From a virus, in the IMG/VR virus record IMGVR_UViG_3300031760_001810, positions 1 through 7,976 of that record: a stretch of 7,976 bases of DNA; one strand, given 5' to 3'. Both the position numbers and the translations under genes were made by a program. Shown in pieces: positions 6,930 through 7,976 of the stretch. The notes beneath the pieces were generated by a model, which searched no databases, was not told the origin of the DNA, and saw only the letters and a program-made list of their open reading frames with translations. Numbering within the stretch: position 1 is the first letter of the stretch; each line of letters begins with the position of its first letter.

Positions 6930-7598
6930 ATGGGCTTATATTGTGCTATTCCTGTTAGTTGGATAACTGAATAGATTGCAGAATTGGGCGCACTGGAAGT
7001 TGCAATGGGGCAAGCACAAGCAGCATCCGAAGCTTCACGATATCCACCAGACGACCAAGAAGAAGCAGAAGATTTTTATGATGTTTGTTGGGGCTATGAT
7101 GAAGCAGAAGTGCCAGAGTTTAATATTAACCCTGCGGTTGAAGCATTTAAATCAGCTTTTGATAATGTGATTTATACAATGTGCCCCGTGCGCACTGGGT
7201 TCTTACGCAGTAGTTGCCACTGTGAAATAAGCAATGAGTTGATTGAATGTTTTGCTGATGCTGAATATGCGCAATATGTTGAATATGGCACTTCACGCAT
7301 GGCACCATAGCCCTATTTTGAACCGGCGATTATGGCGGGTCTTCAAGCATTTATCGAGATAAACGGTTCGTGTATTGACCAATTTAAAAGAGATGTTGAA
7401 AAGATCACCCAAGATGCGGTTCAAGATATTATATTTAGTGCAGCGGACTTTGGCAGTTTAATTTTGGCATTAATTATTGCTATTTTAATCACTGCGGTTA
7501 TTGAAGTTATTTTAAGTATATTTGACCCAATGTGGGATGATTTCCGTGCGGCCATAGCAGAAGTGTTATTTGACGCCATAGATATATAGATTGAATAA
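6930..7598 (+). CDS. HK97-gp10-like head-tail joining / tail-completion protein with a hydrophobic C-terminal extension (222 codons). Contains 3 in-frame TAG codons.
   Basis: ATG 6930 lies 5 nt after the upstream TAA. Track ORFs 6984-7310 and 7332-7589 share one frame. TAGs are at 6972, 7308 and 7587, and the first non-TAG stop is TAA 7596-7598. The motif AEYAQYVEYGTSRMAP[TAG]PYFEPA matches my recollection of the gp10-family signature (yVEfGT..m.a.PF/Y..pA). The start is uncertain: TTG 6984 and ATG 7005 are alternatives. Confidence 0.7.
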
Positions 7599-7608
7599 GG
7601 AGACAATT

Positions 7609-7806
7609 ATGAACAGAGTTTATACTGCTCCTGATGGTAAAGTATATGATTGGGCTGAACCGCATATCGCTACCATCATTGAGGAAGATGGAAGCACTAC
7701 TGAACGAGTAGAGCATTTGTATGCGAAGTATTTATCTATTTCGCGCTTTGATAATATTGACAATTATATCATCGTAGATGACCCAAGGAGTGGGGCCAAT
7801 GTATGA
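7609..7806 (+). CDS. Hypothetical 65-aa protein.
   Basis: AAGGAG at 7597-7602 lies 6 nt before ATG 7609. The TTG at 7591 in the track has no SD. TGA stop at 7804-7806. Contains no Gln and no TAG codons. Confidence 0.65.
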   Translation: MNRVYTAPDGKVYDWAEPHIATIIEEDGSTTERVEHLYAKYLSISRFDNIDNYIIVDDPRSGANV

Positions 7807-7976
7807 AGTGATTAAAAAGAAGTTTAAAGAATTTCTTACAGCGATGGGATATAATGTTGGCGATAATTGGGTAATGCGAGATGAGTTCCCATATTTAAAT
7901 TTGCGAATTAATGGTGGAGCATTTGCTCCATTGCGCAATGCTAATGGAACTATCTTAACTATTACTGTTGATATTT
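7799..7976 (+). CDS. 5' part of a further neck or tail structural gene, running off the right edge. Function assigned by synteny only.
   Basis: AAGGAG at 7785-7790 lies 8 nt before ATG 7799 and overlaps the upstream gene end (ATGTATGA). There are 59 open codons to the window edge (MYEVIKKKFKEFLTAMGYNVGDNWVMRDEFPYLNLRINGGAFAPLRNANGTILTITVDI...). It is absent from the ORF track, presumably because it has no stop in the window. Confidence 0.55.
   Translation, partial: MYEVIKKKFKEFLTAMGYNVGDNWVMRDEFPYLNLRINGGAFAPLRNANGTILTITVDI

Noticed and set aside
6976-7170. A plus-strand 64-aa ORF in an alternative frame of the gp10-like gene.
   Set aside because: It is fully overlapped by the gp10-like gene, gives a Lys/His/Gln-rich low-complexity translation, and has no SD.
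7537-7608. Under TAG read-through, the 7609 gene frame stays open upstream to an ATG at 7537, crossing TAGs at 7555 and 7579.
   Set aside because: That extension would overlap the gp10-like gene by about 60 nt, has no SD, and translates implausibly. ATG 7609 has a well-spaced AAGGAG.
7421-7938. Minus-strand ORFs 7421-7606, 7507-7716 and 7732-7938.
   Set aside because: They are short, antisense to SD-preceded plus-strand genes, and have no ribosome-binding sites.

Overview
This window looks like part of a temperate siphovirus-like phage or prophage. Nearly every gene has a strong AGGAGG-type Shine-Dalgarno site, so the host is probably a Bacillota-like bacterium. Left to right it holds: the 3' part of a tyrosine integrase; a small convergent gene with its own near-consensus promoter and terminator; then a rightward late operon. 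The operon runs: DUF4355-like scaffold, HK97-fold major capsid, strong intrinsic terminator, gp6-like head-tail connector, head-closure-like gene, a cassette of collagen-like and fibre genes, an HK97-gp10-like gene, and two further small neck or tail genes.

Main observation: from nt 3053 onward the late genes contain 23 in-frame TAG codons and no in-frame TAA or TGA. These TAGs are what break six genes into the fragments seen in the supplied standard-code ORF track. Reading TAG as a sense codon joins all fragments in frame into tightly packed genes, each preceded by an SD site.

Nine of the TAGs sit at the Y position of uninterrupted Gly-X-Y collagen triplets. Sibling triplets carry CAA or CAG (Gln) at that position, so TAG is most likely read as Gln (genetic-code-15-like amber reassignment). 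None of the 13 complete genes ends in TAG (8 TAA, 5 TGA).

TAG use is compartmentalised, by hand count. Integrase, the small gene, scaffold, capsid and connector have 0 TAG at 39 Gln positions. Downstream genes have 23 TAG of 71 Gln-equivalent positions.

All family assignments come from motif recognition by eye, with no database search. No suppressor tRNA is visible in this window.
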